Shown here one piece after another: positions 11,990 to 24,158 of a stretch of DNA of 64,000 bases (its first letter is position 1; every line of letters begins with the position of its first letter). The translations under genes and the position numbers were made by a program. Under the pieces are notes generated by a model. The model saw nothing but the letters and a program-made list of their open reading frames with translations. It did no database searches and was not told the DNA's origin. Source of the DNA: Octopus bimaculoides (taxonomy: Eukaryota); assembly GCF_001194135.2 (NCBI RefSeq), contig NC_068982.1:46963854-47027853 (forward strand). The letters are read 5' to 3'.

Positions 11990-12566
11990 TAAGAACGTTG
12001 GGCCTCATGGAGGTAATGATAGTTGACTGAGACCTTTGGTGATATGCAGTGATTGAGAAGACCCACCAAGCCAAGTGAAATCGTAGTCGCGTAACTGGCA
12101 TCCATGCAGGTGGCATGTAAAAGGCACTCTTTGAATGTTGGATGATATGCTGTGCTTGAGAAGACCCATCAAGCCAAGTGAAATCGTAGTCATGATCGAT
12201 GCCAGTGCCGCATAACTGGCACCCATGTTGGTGGCACATAAAAAGCACCCTTCAAACAACTGGACCTCATGGAGGCAGTGACAAGTGACCAAAACCTTTG
12301 GCAATACATGCTTGAGAAGACTTATCAAGCCAAGTGAGATCGTAATTGTGGCCAATGCCAGTGTTATGTAACTGGCACCTGTGCCAGTGGCATATAAAAA
12401 AACACCCACTACACTCTTAGAGTGGTTGGCATTAGGAAAACCATCCCGCTGTAGAAAACATGCCAAATCAGATTGGAACCTGGTGCAGCTCCCCAGCTTA
12501 CCAGTTTTCTGTCTAACCATCCAACCCATGCCAACATGGAAAGCAGATGTTAAATGATGATGGTGA

Positions 12567-12600
<34 letters not shown>

Positions 12601-12608
12601 GGTGGTGA
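11990..12608 (+). mobile_element. RTE 3' end with three tandem ~150-bp copies of the ORF-end/UTR junction
   Basis: GAGAAGAC..TCAAGCCAAGTGA repeated three times (peptide DLMEAVTSDQNLWQYMLEKTYQAK*), then the standard tail and (GAT)n. Confidence 0.8.
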
Positions 12609-12928
12609 CGATATATGCGTGTATATATACTGCATTTATATTCACCAGCACTCCCATTTATTGTGTGCAAAAGAATGCTCTGATTTTCCTTCTTTGTTTT
12701 CGTATGTATTTGCATACTGAACAACTTAATGGGCAAACTATTTGAGAAATATGAATTATCCATGTGACATTGTAATAATTTTTGTAATTTGTTCCAGAAC
12801 TATCCAGGGAAATAGCATTATCACTAGAATATAAATTTACAACCCTTTAATTTGTAACTACTTTGATAAGTGCTAATGCATGAAACTTTTGGCCCTTGAG
12901 TCACTCTGTTGTTTCTGCTGAATATTAA

Positions 12929-12961
<33 letters not shown>

Positions 12962-12999
12962 GTGTATGTGTATGTGTGTGTGTGTGTGTGTGTGTATGT

Positions 13000-13273
13000 A
13001 TCTATGTGTTTGTGTCTTTGTGTTTGTGTGTGTATGTATCTATGTGTTTGTGTCTTTGTGTATATGTTTGTAACAACCACTGCTTGATCACCAATGTTGG
13101 TTTGTTTATATCCATGTAACTTACCAGTTCAGCAAAAGACACCGCTAGAATAACTACCAGGCTTTAAGAAAGAAAATAAGTCGTGCAGTGTCCCAGAATG
13201 GCCACAGTCAGATGGCTGAAAAAGTAAATGATAAAAGAGGTGTGTGTGTGTGTGTGCGTATGTGTGTGTGTGC

Positions 13274-13307
<34 letters not shown>

Positions 13308-13530
13308 GTGTGTGTGTGTGTGTGTTTGTGTGTGTGCGTGTGTATCTTTGTGTTTGTGTTTGCCCTCCCCCACCATTTGATGACTGGTAATGATTTATTT
13401 ACATCCCTGTGACTTAACAGTTCAGTGAAAGACACGAATAAAATAACTACCAGGCTTTTAAAAAAGAAAATAAGTCCTGAAGTGCCCCAGAATGACCACA
13501 GTCAGATGACTGAAAAAGTAAAAGATAGAA
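13000..13530 (+). mobile_element. Two tandem family A SINE 3' halves separated by (TG)n
   Basis: ACTACCAGGCTTT..GAAAATAAGTC..GTG.CCCAGAATG.CCACAGTCAGATG duplicated. Confidence 0.75.
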
Positions 13531-13941
13531 GAGGAAGGGTGCATGTGTGTGTGTGTGTGTGTATGCTTGTGTGTGTGTGTGTATGTGTGCTTGCATGTGT
13601 GTGAGTGTGTGTGTGAGTGTATGTGTGTGTGAGTGTGTATGTGTGTGAGTGTATGTGAGTGTGTGTGGGTGTAAGAGTTTGTGTGTTTGTGCGTGTGTAT
13701 GTGTGTGTGGATATTGTCATATTGTTGTGTTAAGCTTCTATTCAAAATAAAAGAGCTTTTTTCATTGTTTTCATTATAATGTGTGCTATAAAGTTATTGA
13801 AGATCTAGCAATTACATAACTGATTTTCTTTTTTTGTCACTTTTATTGTTGCAATAGATGCTTCATCTTTATTAAACTGTTTTACAGTTCATTGACCTTT
13901 TCCATTTTGAAGTTGATTCAAAATATTAATTATTTCTTATA

Positions 13942-14300
13942 GGTGCAGGCATGGCTGTGTGGGAAGAAGCTTGCTTCCCAGTCACATGATTTCAAGTTCA
14001 ATCCCACTACATGGCTTCTTGGGCAAGTCTCTTTAATTGTAGCCTCAGGCCAACCAAAGTCTGAAAGAGCCCCATCATGTGTATGTAATGTGTGTGTGTC
14101 TTTGTATCTGTGTTTGTCCTCCACCCCCACCCCACTGCTTGACAACTAGTGTTGGTGTGTTTACATCCCTGTAACTTAGCGATTTGGCAAAAGACACCGA
14201 TAGAATAAGTACCAGATTTAAAATAAAAAAATAAGTCCTTGTGGTTGATTTGTTCGACTAAAACCCTTTGAAGTGGTGCCCCAGTAGGGCTGCAGTCAAA
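13942..14300 (+). mobile_element. Full-length family A CORE-like SINE with internal (TG)n tract
   Basis: tRNA-like head, TTGGGCAAGT core, TG tract and 3' half. Confidence 0.8.
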
Positions 14301-14534
14301 GATTAATGTCCATTTCCAAAGGAATCAAATTTCTTCACATTTGAAAGTCTATTTTTTACTTTTATTTTTTTATTTGTTTCGATCTTTGTTTCGATCTTTT
14401 TATTTGTTTCGATCTGTGACCACATTGAGGAACCAACATGAAGGCGACATCAGACTTAGTGTTTTTATTTTTCTTTAAAGTGTAGAACTTATTCTATTGG
14501 TTTCCTTTGCCAAACCACTAAATTGCAGGGGGAC

Positions 14535-14597
<63 letters not shown>

Positions 14598-14881
14598 NNN
14601 NNNNNNNNNNNNNNNNNNNNNNNNNNNNNNNNNNNNNNNNNNNNNNNNNNNNNNNNNNNNNNNNNNNNNNNNNNNNNNNNNNNNNNNNNNNNNNNNNNNN
14701 NNNNNNNNNNNNNNNNNNNNNNNNNNNNNNNNNNNNNNNNNNNNNNNNNNNNNNNNNNNNNNNNNNNNNNNNNNNNNNNNNNNNNNNNNNNNNNNNNNNN
14801 NNNNNNNNNNNNNNNNNNNNNNNNNNNNNNNNNNNNNNNNNNNNNNNNNNNNNNNNNNNNNNNNNNNNNNNNNNNNNNNNN

Positions 14882-14912
<31 letters not shown>

Positions 14913-14916
<4 letters not shown>

Positions 14917-15246
14917 ACTCCCTTCAGTCATGAATGACTATGGGATTGTACCTAGAAAGTTATCCCACAAGGCACAAGTCTGGGCAAGGTTGTTTTATAG
15001 AAGACCAGCAGTCACACATGCATACCGGCCTCCCTTCTCCATGCCACCAATGTTATCCAAGGGAAAGGCAAAGGCTGATACAGCTTGACACCAGTGACAC
15101 CACAACTCATTTCTACAGCTGAGTGGACTGGACCAACATGAAATAAAGTGTCTTGCTCAAGAACACACCACAGAGCCCAGTCCAGGAATCAAACTCACTA
15201 CCTCATGATTGTGAACCCGATGCTCTAACCACTGAGCCATACACCT
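14913..15246 (-). mobile_element. Family C SINE
   Basis: Head and core match the other family C copies. Confidence 0.75.
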
Positions 15247-15346
15247 ATTGCAGACAAGACAGTAAATTTCAAATGCAATGAAGTTGCAAGGACTGTGGAG
15301 AAAGATTGGGTGTTTACCCTTATAAGATGTAATAAAGTTACCAGAA

Positions 15347-15417
15347 GGCAGCAACGGGACTCTAACCCATACCCCTCAGATACAGGTTGAGTGCTCTAAC
15401 CATTACATTAAATGGCC
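15347..15417 (-). pseudogene. Decayed tRNA-like sequence (solo SINE head or tRNA pseudogene)
   Basis: Minus strand GGCC..TAATGGTTAGAGCA CTCAA-CCTGTAT-CTGAG ... ATGGG-TTAGAGT-CCCGT; anticodon and T arms present, acceptor stem poor. Confidence 0.45.
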
Positions 15418-15467
15418 CCCAAACCACAATTAAAGTCAGTTTTAGATAAAAGGTATATATACATATA

Positions 15468-15904
15468 TCTTTTATGTTTCACTTGTTTCAGTCATTTGAC
15501 TGAAGCTATGCTGGGACAAGCCTTGAAAGATTTTAGTCAAAGAAATCAATCCCAGAGGCTATTTATTTAGTCTTTTTTTTTTTTTTGAAGCCTAGTACCT
15601 GTTCCACTGGGCTCTATTTTTGAACTACTAGGTTACAGGAATATAAACACACCAACACCATTTGTTAAGTTGTGTAGAAGAGAGGCAAACACAGACACAC
15701 ACACATAGATAGGTATATACATATATATGTGTGTATACATATACAACAGGCTCCTTTCATTCTCCATCTACCAAATCCACTCACAAGGCTTTGGTCAGCC
15801 TGAAGCTAGAGTAGAAGACACTTGCCCAAGGTGTCAAGCAGTGGGTCTGAACCCGAAACCATGTGGTTGGGCAGCAAGCTTCTTAATACACAGCCACACC
15901 TGCA
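15468..15904 (-). mobile_element. Full-length family A SINE
   Basis: Head at 15730-15904, internal CA/TA tract, 3' half at 15468-15700. Confidence 0.8.
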
Positions 15905-15920
15905 CATATACATATATATA

Positions 15921-16020
15921 TTGGAGCCTGGTGTTGCCATCCGGTTTCACCAGTCCTCAGTCAAATCGTCCAACCCATGCTAGCATGGAAAGCGGACGTT
16001 AAACGATGATGATGATGATG

Positions 16021-16021
<1 letters not shown>
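15921..16021 (+). mobile_element. Young 5'-truncated RTE tail in (TA)n
   Basis: 88 nt identical to 40298-40385 and to the reverse complement of about 43381-43469. Confidence 0.9.

Positions 16022-16112
<91 letters not shown>
16022..16112. repeat. (TA)n plus (GATA)n microsatellite
   Basis: Read directly. Confidence 0.95.
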
Positions 16113-16113
<1 letters not shown>

Positions 16114-16353
16114 TAAAACCTATATAGTAGATTTATAAACAGGGCTAATTTAGCTATTTCTCCATAGACTTAAAAACCAATCAACAACCTTAATTGATTT
16201 TCAAATCTTATTGGATTTTTATCAAAGGCATCTACATCAATTTGACCAATCCTAGAGAAACCAGCTGCCAATTTGTTTAAATACTGAACAATTTCAGTAG
16301 CTACAGGGAATTAGAACTACTAATTTTCAAAGATAGAGAGGGTGTGTAAGACA

Positions 16354-16385
<32 letters not shown>

Positions 16386-17203
16386 CAAATGTATCATATT
16401 CATTGAAATAGCTTCCATAGTTACTATGAAGCTCTCCTCTTAAGATATAACAACATCTAACTCCAAATGTTGCAGTAACAGAAGACAATCAAATTGAAGT
16501 CATTGGATTTCTTTGGCTTGCTTAAATATTGATGTCTTTTGACGAGACTTTGGACCAATTTATCACCATCATAATATTCATTATCACCACGACCCCTTCC
16601 CCTACACACCACCACAACTAAACTACCATTACTACCATGACTGCCACCATCGACAGCATCATGTCACATATTAATTTCATAGTTGTCACCGTAAATGTTA
16701 TTAATTGAAACCCAGTAACAAGAATTTCTTTCAAACTAATAATCTCTCACAGAGTGCTTTGCAATATTAATAATGACAGTTTGAGTTGTAAATATCAATT
16801 TTTACAAGTATTGCCAGCTGAAGTGTTGTTTTGCTGGCTTTTTTTTGTCTCCCTCGCTTTTCTTCTCACTGCTCATCCCTCAGTAAATATTTCTTTATCT
16901 TTTAGCAAAAAGGCATAATATTCAAATCCTTGACATTGGTTCCACTGTCATTTGAAATAAGTAAAACACACATGCACACACACACACACACACACATACA
17001 CGCACATGCACACTCACACACACACATACACACTTGCACACACACACACACACACATGGCATGGCCACACATATGCACACACGTGCACACACACACACAC
17101 ACACACACAAAAAAAAAAAAAAAGAATGATAGTTAAGGTGTGAGAATAGGTTGCCTATACCAGATTGTTACATACAGTGCTCAACACCTACACTTCAACA
17201 ATA

Positions 17204-17419
17204 TTCTTTTCTACTCTAGGTACAAGGCTCGAAATTTTGGGGGTGGAGGGATAGTCGATTAGATCACCCCCAGTGCAAACTGGTACTTAATTTATTAACC
17301 CCAAAAGGATGAAAAACAAAGTCAACCTCGGTGGAATTTGAACTCAGAACATAGTGACAGGCAAAATAGCGCTAAGCATTTTGTCCAGTGTGCTAATGAT
17401 TTTGCCAACTTGCTGCCTT
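17204..17419 (-). mobile_element. Family B SINE (Meta-domain-like core)
   Basis: Reverse complement of GCCTTTCATCCTTT.GGGGT.ATAAA.TAAGTACCAG core. Confidence 0.75.
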
Positions 17420-17758
17420 GGTACTTCAACAATATTGTTGCTGTTTAGCTCCAGTTCAGTCTTGATAAAGCTAATCTATTATTAGAGATGTTTCAGATAT
17501 AACCATCTTATAATTATGTATATATATACCTATGACCACATGGCCCAACGTGTCATTTTTTAAAAAACTCTTTAGCATTCACCTCCACACCCACACAACT
17601 GCATCTTCACCACCTTCTCTCTCCCTCTCTCTCTCCTCCTCTCTCTTTACTTCTCATCTCTCCCTCCATCTCTTTCGCTGACTCTGACTGAGTTGGACAG
17701 GTGTCTCTTCTACTGCAAGACTAGTGTTTGACTGGTGCTTGATTTTTAGACTCTAGAA

Positions 17759-18109
17759 TGGTGGTTCTCAACTGGGGTCCATGTAACCCCTGGTGGTCCA
17801 TGTAACCCCTGGTGGTCCATATAAGAGCTTCAGAGGTCCATGCGAGCAAAATAGTAAATTGGGAACCCACAGAAATACATTAAGGGTCATGTAAAAAAAC
17901 TTTGCTTTAGATGTATTTCTTGCCAAGAGACAGCTAGATTTCTTTCTCTAATGTATTTCATAGTTCAAACTACACAACTTCATGTGTGATGAACAAAATA
18001 GGAATTTTGAAAGAAGTATCTATAAAACTAGATAGGCTTTGGAGGTTCACCAGAATAAAATAGTAATCAAAGGGGTCCATAAATATATAAAAACGGTTGA
18101 AAACCACTG
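17759..18109. mobile_element. hAT (Charlie-type) MITE
   Basis: TIR (TG)GTGGTTCTCAAC / GTTGAAAACCACTG; TSD CTCTAGAA/CTCTATAA. Confidence 0.8.
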
Positions 18110-18936
18110 CTCTATAAAGATGAAAGGTAAAGCTGATCATGTCATTATTTGAACTGATAACATAAAGAGCCAGAACTGTACACTGCAAGGCATTTTTGTT
18201 TGAAGCACTAGCAGTTCTACCAATTCACCTCCACTGTCCTTATTCTATGTTATTTATTGAATGGAATTCTTTGTCAGACATATATGTCGTTTGGACTCTA
18301 TTATCTTTGCAAATCATTTTTAACCCTTTCACTTAATTGCTTGTGTGAATTTCTCTTGACCTTTTCAGCTATAATTAGTCATTTCGATGGCTAAATCAAT
18401 ATTAATGACCAAATTCTTTAAAGTCTTCATTGTCTATTTCTTTAGAGTAAGGAAAAAAACCTATAAACATTGTCTTGTGTTGTTTCATTTTTAACATAAT
18501 GCCTCATGCATTGTAAACAGCTACAACAATCTTCAATTATTGTTGTTTCCTTTTTGTTTTTTTTTGCTTTTTCCTGTTTGGAATGTTTTATGAAAGCAGC
18601 AGAATAATAAATTATTGTCAAACTAAAGTATTTATCAGATTTAAAACATATACTTCATTCAGCTAAGTGAGAGAGCTTATTAAATCTATGGTAAACATGA
18701 AATGGAAAGGATCAAGAAGAGTCAATTGTTGTGCATTCACAAGAAAACAGATCTGTTATATGAGGTGAAAATGACTAAACCAGATGACTGCCATATTGGT
18801 AAGAATGAGAAAGTGAACATTATTGTATCAAGCGCATACACACATAGTTTAACAAACAACCTTGTGTGTGTGCACATATGCATGTGTGTGCACATATGCG
18901 TGTGTGTGCACATATGCATGTGTGTGTGTGTGTGTG

Positions 18937-18972
<36 letters not shown>

Positions 18973-19446
18973 GTGAGGAAGAGAAAGGGATGTGAAAGGG
19001 AATATGAGAAAGATCTAAGAATAGAAAATTAAAGAATTAAAATAGAATCAATAAAGAATGATTTTTGCAAACCAACAAAGGATCCTCACCTACCCAATAA
19101 TAAAACTTAATGGCAAAATAGCAACAATAAAAATATAAGCCTTACCATCGTACACTTAATGTAAACATATGCACATCAATATTGTTAGGGAAAAAATAAA
19201 TAATAAATAATCTATACAATATATATATATACAATATATAAAATATATAAATAATATATACAATATATACAGCAGCCACAATAGTTATAAAAGAAAGTGA
19301 GCATTCCCTGAAGATTATCAAAAATCAAGGAAACAGTTGGGGAAACAAGTCCTTAATTAATCAATAACGATGATTTAAAAATATACAAAATAGAGATAAA
19401 TGCTACAGAAATATAAAATAACCAATACATACATATACATACACAT

Positions 19447-19479
<33 letters not shown>

Positions 19480-19601
19480 CATACATACACACATATTCAT
19501 ANNNNNNNNNNNNNNNNNNNNNNNNNNNNNNNNNNNNNNNNNNNNNNNNNNNNNNNNNNNNNNNNNNNNNNNNNNNNNNNNNNNNNNNNNNNNNNATATA
19601 A

Positions 19602-19632
<31 letters not shown>

Positions 19633-20317
19633 ATGAAGGTCAAAGAGAGGGTCATAGCCCAACTAATTAGGGAGAGAGTCTGCTTAGATGAGATGCAGTT
19701 TGGTTTTGTGTCAGGTAGAAACACCACTGATGCTATATTCTGGTACAGCAACTTCAGGAGGAATGCCTAGCCAAAGATAAACCCCTATACTTGGCTTTTG
19801 TGGACTTGGAGAAAGCTTTTGACAGGGTCCTCTGATCCCTTATCTGGTGGGTGAAGTGGAAACTGAGGATTGACGAATGGTTAATAAGGGCCTAACCCTA
19901 ACCCTATTCAGAGATGCTGTTAGTAAGGTTAGGGTTGGCGATGAGTATAGTACCTTGGATCATAGGGTGACATGCTGTGCTTGAGGAGACCTATTGAGTT
20001 AAGTACATCAAAATCAAAATCAAACAGAAATTGTAGTTGTGATCCCTGTGCCGGTGGCATGTAAAAAGCACCATCTAAACATGGCCAATGCCAGCGCCAC
20101 CTTGACTGGCTTCCATGCCGGTGGCACGTAAAAGGCACCCACTACACTCTCGGAGTGGTTGGCATTAGGAAGGGCATTTAGCTGTAGAAACACTGCCAGA
20201 TCAGACTGGAGCCTGGTGCAGCCTCCTGGCTTCCCAGACCCCAGTCGAACGGTACAACCCATGCCAGCATGGAAAACGGACGTTAAACGATGATGATGAT
20301 GATGATGATGACGATGA
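19633..20317 (+). mobile_element. Internally deleted RTE: reverse-transcriptase fragment fused to 3' UTR
   Basis: DEMQFGFVSGRNTTDAIF and LYLAFVDLEKAFDRV motifs, then an abrupt switch to 3' UTR at about 19950. Confidence 0.9.
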
Positions 20318-20856
20318 TATATATATATTATACTAAACCAATAAGTCTGAAACAAGATATCCTTTCTAAATCACAAACAAACAATGTTGATATAAATTCT
20401 GTGAACAAAACAAACAGGTAAACATTAATCCTAATGAGCAAGTCAAAAACTAAAATAGAAATCAAAACAGCATCAACAATAAGAGAAGAATTTTCAAGAG
20501 ATGCCTGGACTTTGAAGAGGATCGCTATGGATGAGAATGTTCAAAACAAGCCCAGTACCTGAATAGTCATGGGAAGTAATATCGATTCGGTAAATAGCCC
20601 AAACATTACATAAAACAAACAACTGGTAAACATCCACAAATCAATAAAATCCTATAATTCTGATTAAAATATTTAACAAGGACAAATAAGGTGTTGAGAT
20701 ACTGATGGAGCCTGGGACAACAGGATTGGCTCACTGATTAAAATACTACTTTACTCCCCAAGACTAAAAAACATCAGACCCTTAGAACTACAGAATTATA
20801 ACCTGACATCTCACCCCTCACATAACAAAGCTTTAATTGAAATAGTAGAGGATAAA

Positions 20857-21282
20857 AGGTGGCAAGCTGGCAGAACTGTTAGCACACTGGGTAAAATGCT
20901 AAGCAGTACTTTATCCATCTTTATGTTCTGAGTTCAAATTTCACCAGGGTCAACTGAACCATTCGTCCTTTCAGGGTTAATAAAGTAAGTACCAGTTGAG
21001 CACTGAGGTCAATCTAATCAACTTATCCCCACCCTCAAAATTGCTGGCCTTGTGTCAAAGTTTGAAACCAATAATATTGGTTTCAAATTTAGGTACAAAG
21101 CCTGTCAGTTTTGATGGGAGAAGCTACATCGACCCTCAGTACTCAACTGGTACTTATTTTATCAACCCTGAAAGGATGAAAGGCAAAGTTGACCTCATGG
21201 AATTTGAACACTGAATGTAAAGATGGATGAGATGCCACTAAGCATTTCACCTAGTGTGCTAACAATCCTGCCAGCTCACACC
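20857..21282. mobile_element. Inverted pair of family B SINEs (+20857-21074, -21075-21282)
   Basis: Junction TTTGAAACCAATA-A-TATTGGTTTCAAA; 14-nt TSD TTTGAAACCAATAA at 21061 and 21283. Confidence 0.85.
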
Positions 21283-21544
21283 TTTGAAACCAATAACAGA
21301 CAGGATAAATAAACACCTGAAAAGTACCTAAAAAACCCAAACTCCTTTCCAGAATAACAGAAGGGATACTGTAACGTCTCATTTGGTTGTTAAGATCAAT
21401 TACTCAATAAGTGAAAGCAGTGGAAAGAGAAAAAAAGAGCCTGAACATAGCATAGGTTGACAATCAGAAAGATATTCCTGCATGTGTGGAAGCATTAGCC
21501 ATTAGTAAGAAAGCACCAGTAATAAACAGACATATCAAGTATAT

Positions 21545-21801
21545 CAGTGGTTCTCAACCAATTTTTACCTGTGGGACCGCTTTGATTTCTATTTTACTCT
21601 GCTGGACCCCCATAGCCATTTGAAGTTTTAAGAAATTCCATTATATTTTTATAATTAAATACTATTAGGAATTGTATAAAAAACAGTTGTTAAAATACTT
21701 TGTGCATTGTAGAAGTATACTGCATATACTTTTTAAGAACTAAATCTTATATGGATCCCCCACTCCTGCAGGGTCATGTGGATCCCAGTTGAGAACCACT
21801 G
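21545..21801. mobile_element. hAT MITE
   Basis: TIR CAGTGGTTCTCAAC / GTTGAGAACCACTG; TSD AAGTATAT/ATGTATAT. Confidence 0.9.
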
Positions 21802-22223
21802 ATGTATATCATGAATAAATGGCAAATAATCCTGCAGGTATAAACGAAAGGAAGAATTAGATACAAGAAATCCTGCTTCTATTAGAAGAGACATGATATT
21901 CCAAGGAGTTCCTCTCTCTTTTTTTGTTTTTTTTTTTTGTTTACAGTTTATCTATCTGGAATTAACATCTTTAACTAATATAAGAAACCAAACTGGACTT
22001 AATTCTATGGGAGGATAACCAAATGTCTTTCATATGTGGATAACCTCAAGTTGTATTCTGCAAATGATAAACAACTGGAAACAGAGCTACATGTAGCACT
22101 CAGATTTACTAGAGGAATTGATACGAAATTCATCTTTAAAAATTGGCCTTGGCCACCTTGAAGAAAGAAAACTTAAATGAAATATTTATTATATTAGATA
22201 TAAAACAAACAAAATAACTGATA

Positions 22224-22283
<60 letters not shown>

Positions 22284-22437
22284 TTAACATCTGCTTTCCA
22301 TGCTAGCATGGGTTGGACGATTTGACTGAGGACTGGTGAACCGGATGGCTGCACCAGGCTCCAATCTGATCTGGTAGAGTTTCTACAGCTGGATGCCCTT
22401 CCTAACACCAACCACTCCGAGAGTGTAGTGGGTGCTT
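22224..22437 (-). mobile_element. Young RTE tail with (CAT)n
   Basis: Near-identical to the 43381 copy. Confidence 0.85.
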
Positions 22438-22591
22438 TAAGAGAATTAAACTAACACAGACTTACAAAAACTTTGATATAAAATGAAATAGATGGACTAT
22501 AGAACACCCAAATAACAGAAAAGATTTAGATACTACATTATAGATACATTAGAGTAATACTTAAAACAGTGCTAAATGCAAAAAAAATATG

Positions 22592-23297
22592 TACATAGCT
22601 GTGAAGTTAAAAAGCTTGCTTTGAAATCACATGGTTTCAAGTTCAGTACCACTGTGTGGTACCTTGAGCAAGTGTTTTCTACTATAGCCCATGGCCAACA
22701 ATGCTTTGTGAGTGTATTTGGTTGAGGGAAACTGAAAGAAACCCATTGTATATGTGTGTGTGTTTGTGCTCCCTATCCCCACTACTTGACAACTGGTATT
22801 CGTTTGTTTACATCCCTGTAATAGCAATTTGGCAATAGAGACCAATAGAATAAATACCAGATGTTAAAGAAAAAAACATAAGTACTAGAGTCACTTTGTT
22901 TGACTAAACCAGGGCTGGCCAACCAGAGGCCCACAAACCGCATGCGGCCTGCTTAATGCTTTCTTGAAATGGGTTTATTTAAACAAACATTTAAAAAATT
23001 TTATCAAAAGTTAAAGATTGTAATGAAAAGTGAAAAAGAACAATACTACTGTTTTTGCAACAATGATATTTCATGTTGAATCAATGATCATTCATTCATT
23101 ATTGTAATAATAACAGGAGAAAGCAAAATGCTTTTAATTCTGTCAGTATACAAGCGGCCCTCAAAAAACTTTCTGTGATTAAAGTGGCCTGCAATGTAAT
23201 TCAAGTTGGCCGGGCCTGGACTAAACCATTCAAGGAGATACTCCAACATGGCCACAGCCCAATGACTGAAACAAGTTAAAAATAAAATATAAAAGAC
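22592..23297 (+). mobile_element. Family A SINE interrupted by a hAT MITE
   Basis: The SINE body resumes after 23218. Confidence 0.75.
22910..23218. mobile_element. hAT MITE (second family)
   Basis: TIR CAGGGCTGGCCAAC / GTTGGCCGGGCCTG; perfect 8-bp TSD GACTAAAC. Confidence 0.9.
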
Positions 23298-23904
23298 AAG
23301 TGTCAATAGTTTGCCTATCCAAGCAATAGCAATAAGTTATAATTAAACTATTACATATTAACAATGGAGGCAGTATTATTACTGAGAGGTAATATTTATC
23401 TCCACTTAAACATGGCTGTTCTATTAGAACAAACTATACTGTGGTAGAGATCATGAGAGAACCTCTCATATTGGCTTTTGGTGCAAAATGCACTCGTATT
23501 TATATTGCTAGCAGGGAGATAAATCCCATCCACTTCCAAGGCCGAGACCACCTGATCATGTGATTTCAGTCTTCCTCGGTCTTGTCAATAATGGATGCTT
23601 AAACCACTAGAGACAGCAGCGATTCATCTTCCTGTCAGTGATATATGAAAATAACAGTGTCACTGAGCTTGTTAAATTATTTTCAGTTGGATGCTAAGCT
23701 GATTAAGAAGAACACAGAAAAAGAAACAAACAATAATAATGACTACAGAATATACCACCGAAAATCTGACACAGACAAATATATATTTACCACAGATGCA
23801 GCTATGCATCTCCTCAGCAGCAAGACACCTGTTCCTATCCCTCTATCATAATCTTGCCTCTCAACACCTTGCATAAACCACCTTCCACAATATCACGCCC
23901 ACAT

Positions 23905-24158
23905 CAACCAAGGAGATGTGTTGCAAGCTACAAGATGACTTCACTAGTGCCAGTGATATGGAAAAGTACCCAGTACACTTATGAAATAGTTGGTGTTAGA
24001 AAGGACATCCAATCATAGAAAATAAGCCAAAATAGACATTGGAGCTTGACACAGATCCCTGGCAAGTTGGATCTTGTCCAGCCCATAGTAGCGCGGAATA
24101 CTGATGTTAAATAATGCTAATGATTGATGATGACGATGATGATGATGATGATGATGAT
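23905..24158 (+). mobile_element. Old RTE tail with (GAT)n
   Basis: GTTAGAAAGGACATCCA...ATGTTAAAT(GAT)n. Confidence 0.65.

Noticed and set aside
14372-14415. TTTGTTTCGATCT repeated three times
   Set aside because: A simple local slippage repeat.
16806-16944. Minus-strand candidate first exon MSSEKKSEGDKKKPAKQHFSWQY, phase-compatible with the 6130 acceptor
   Set aside because: The donor (CTT|GTAAAA) is weak and there is no independent support.
18751-18798. 48-nt plus-strand micro-exon DLLYEVKMTKPDDCHI with a strong GTAAGA donor
   Set aside because: The acceptor lacks a polypyrimidine tract, and such patterns are expected by chance.
19891-19906. CCTAACCCTAACCCTA telomere-like tract inside the RTE RT
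   Set aside because: Only ~2.5 units, partly explained by the underlying coding sequence; insufficient for an interstitial telomere call.
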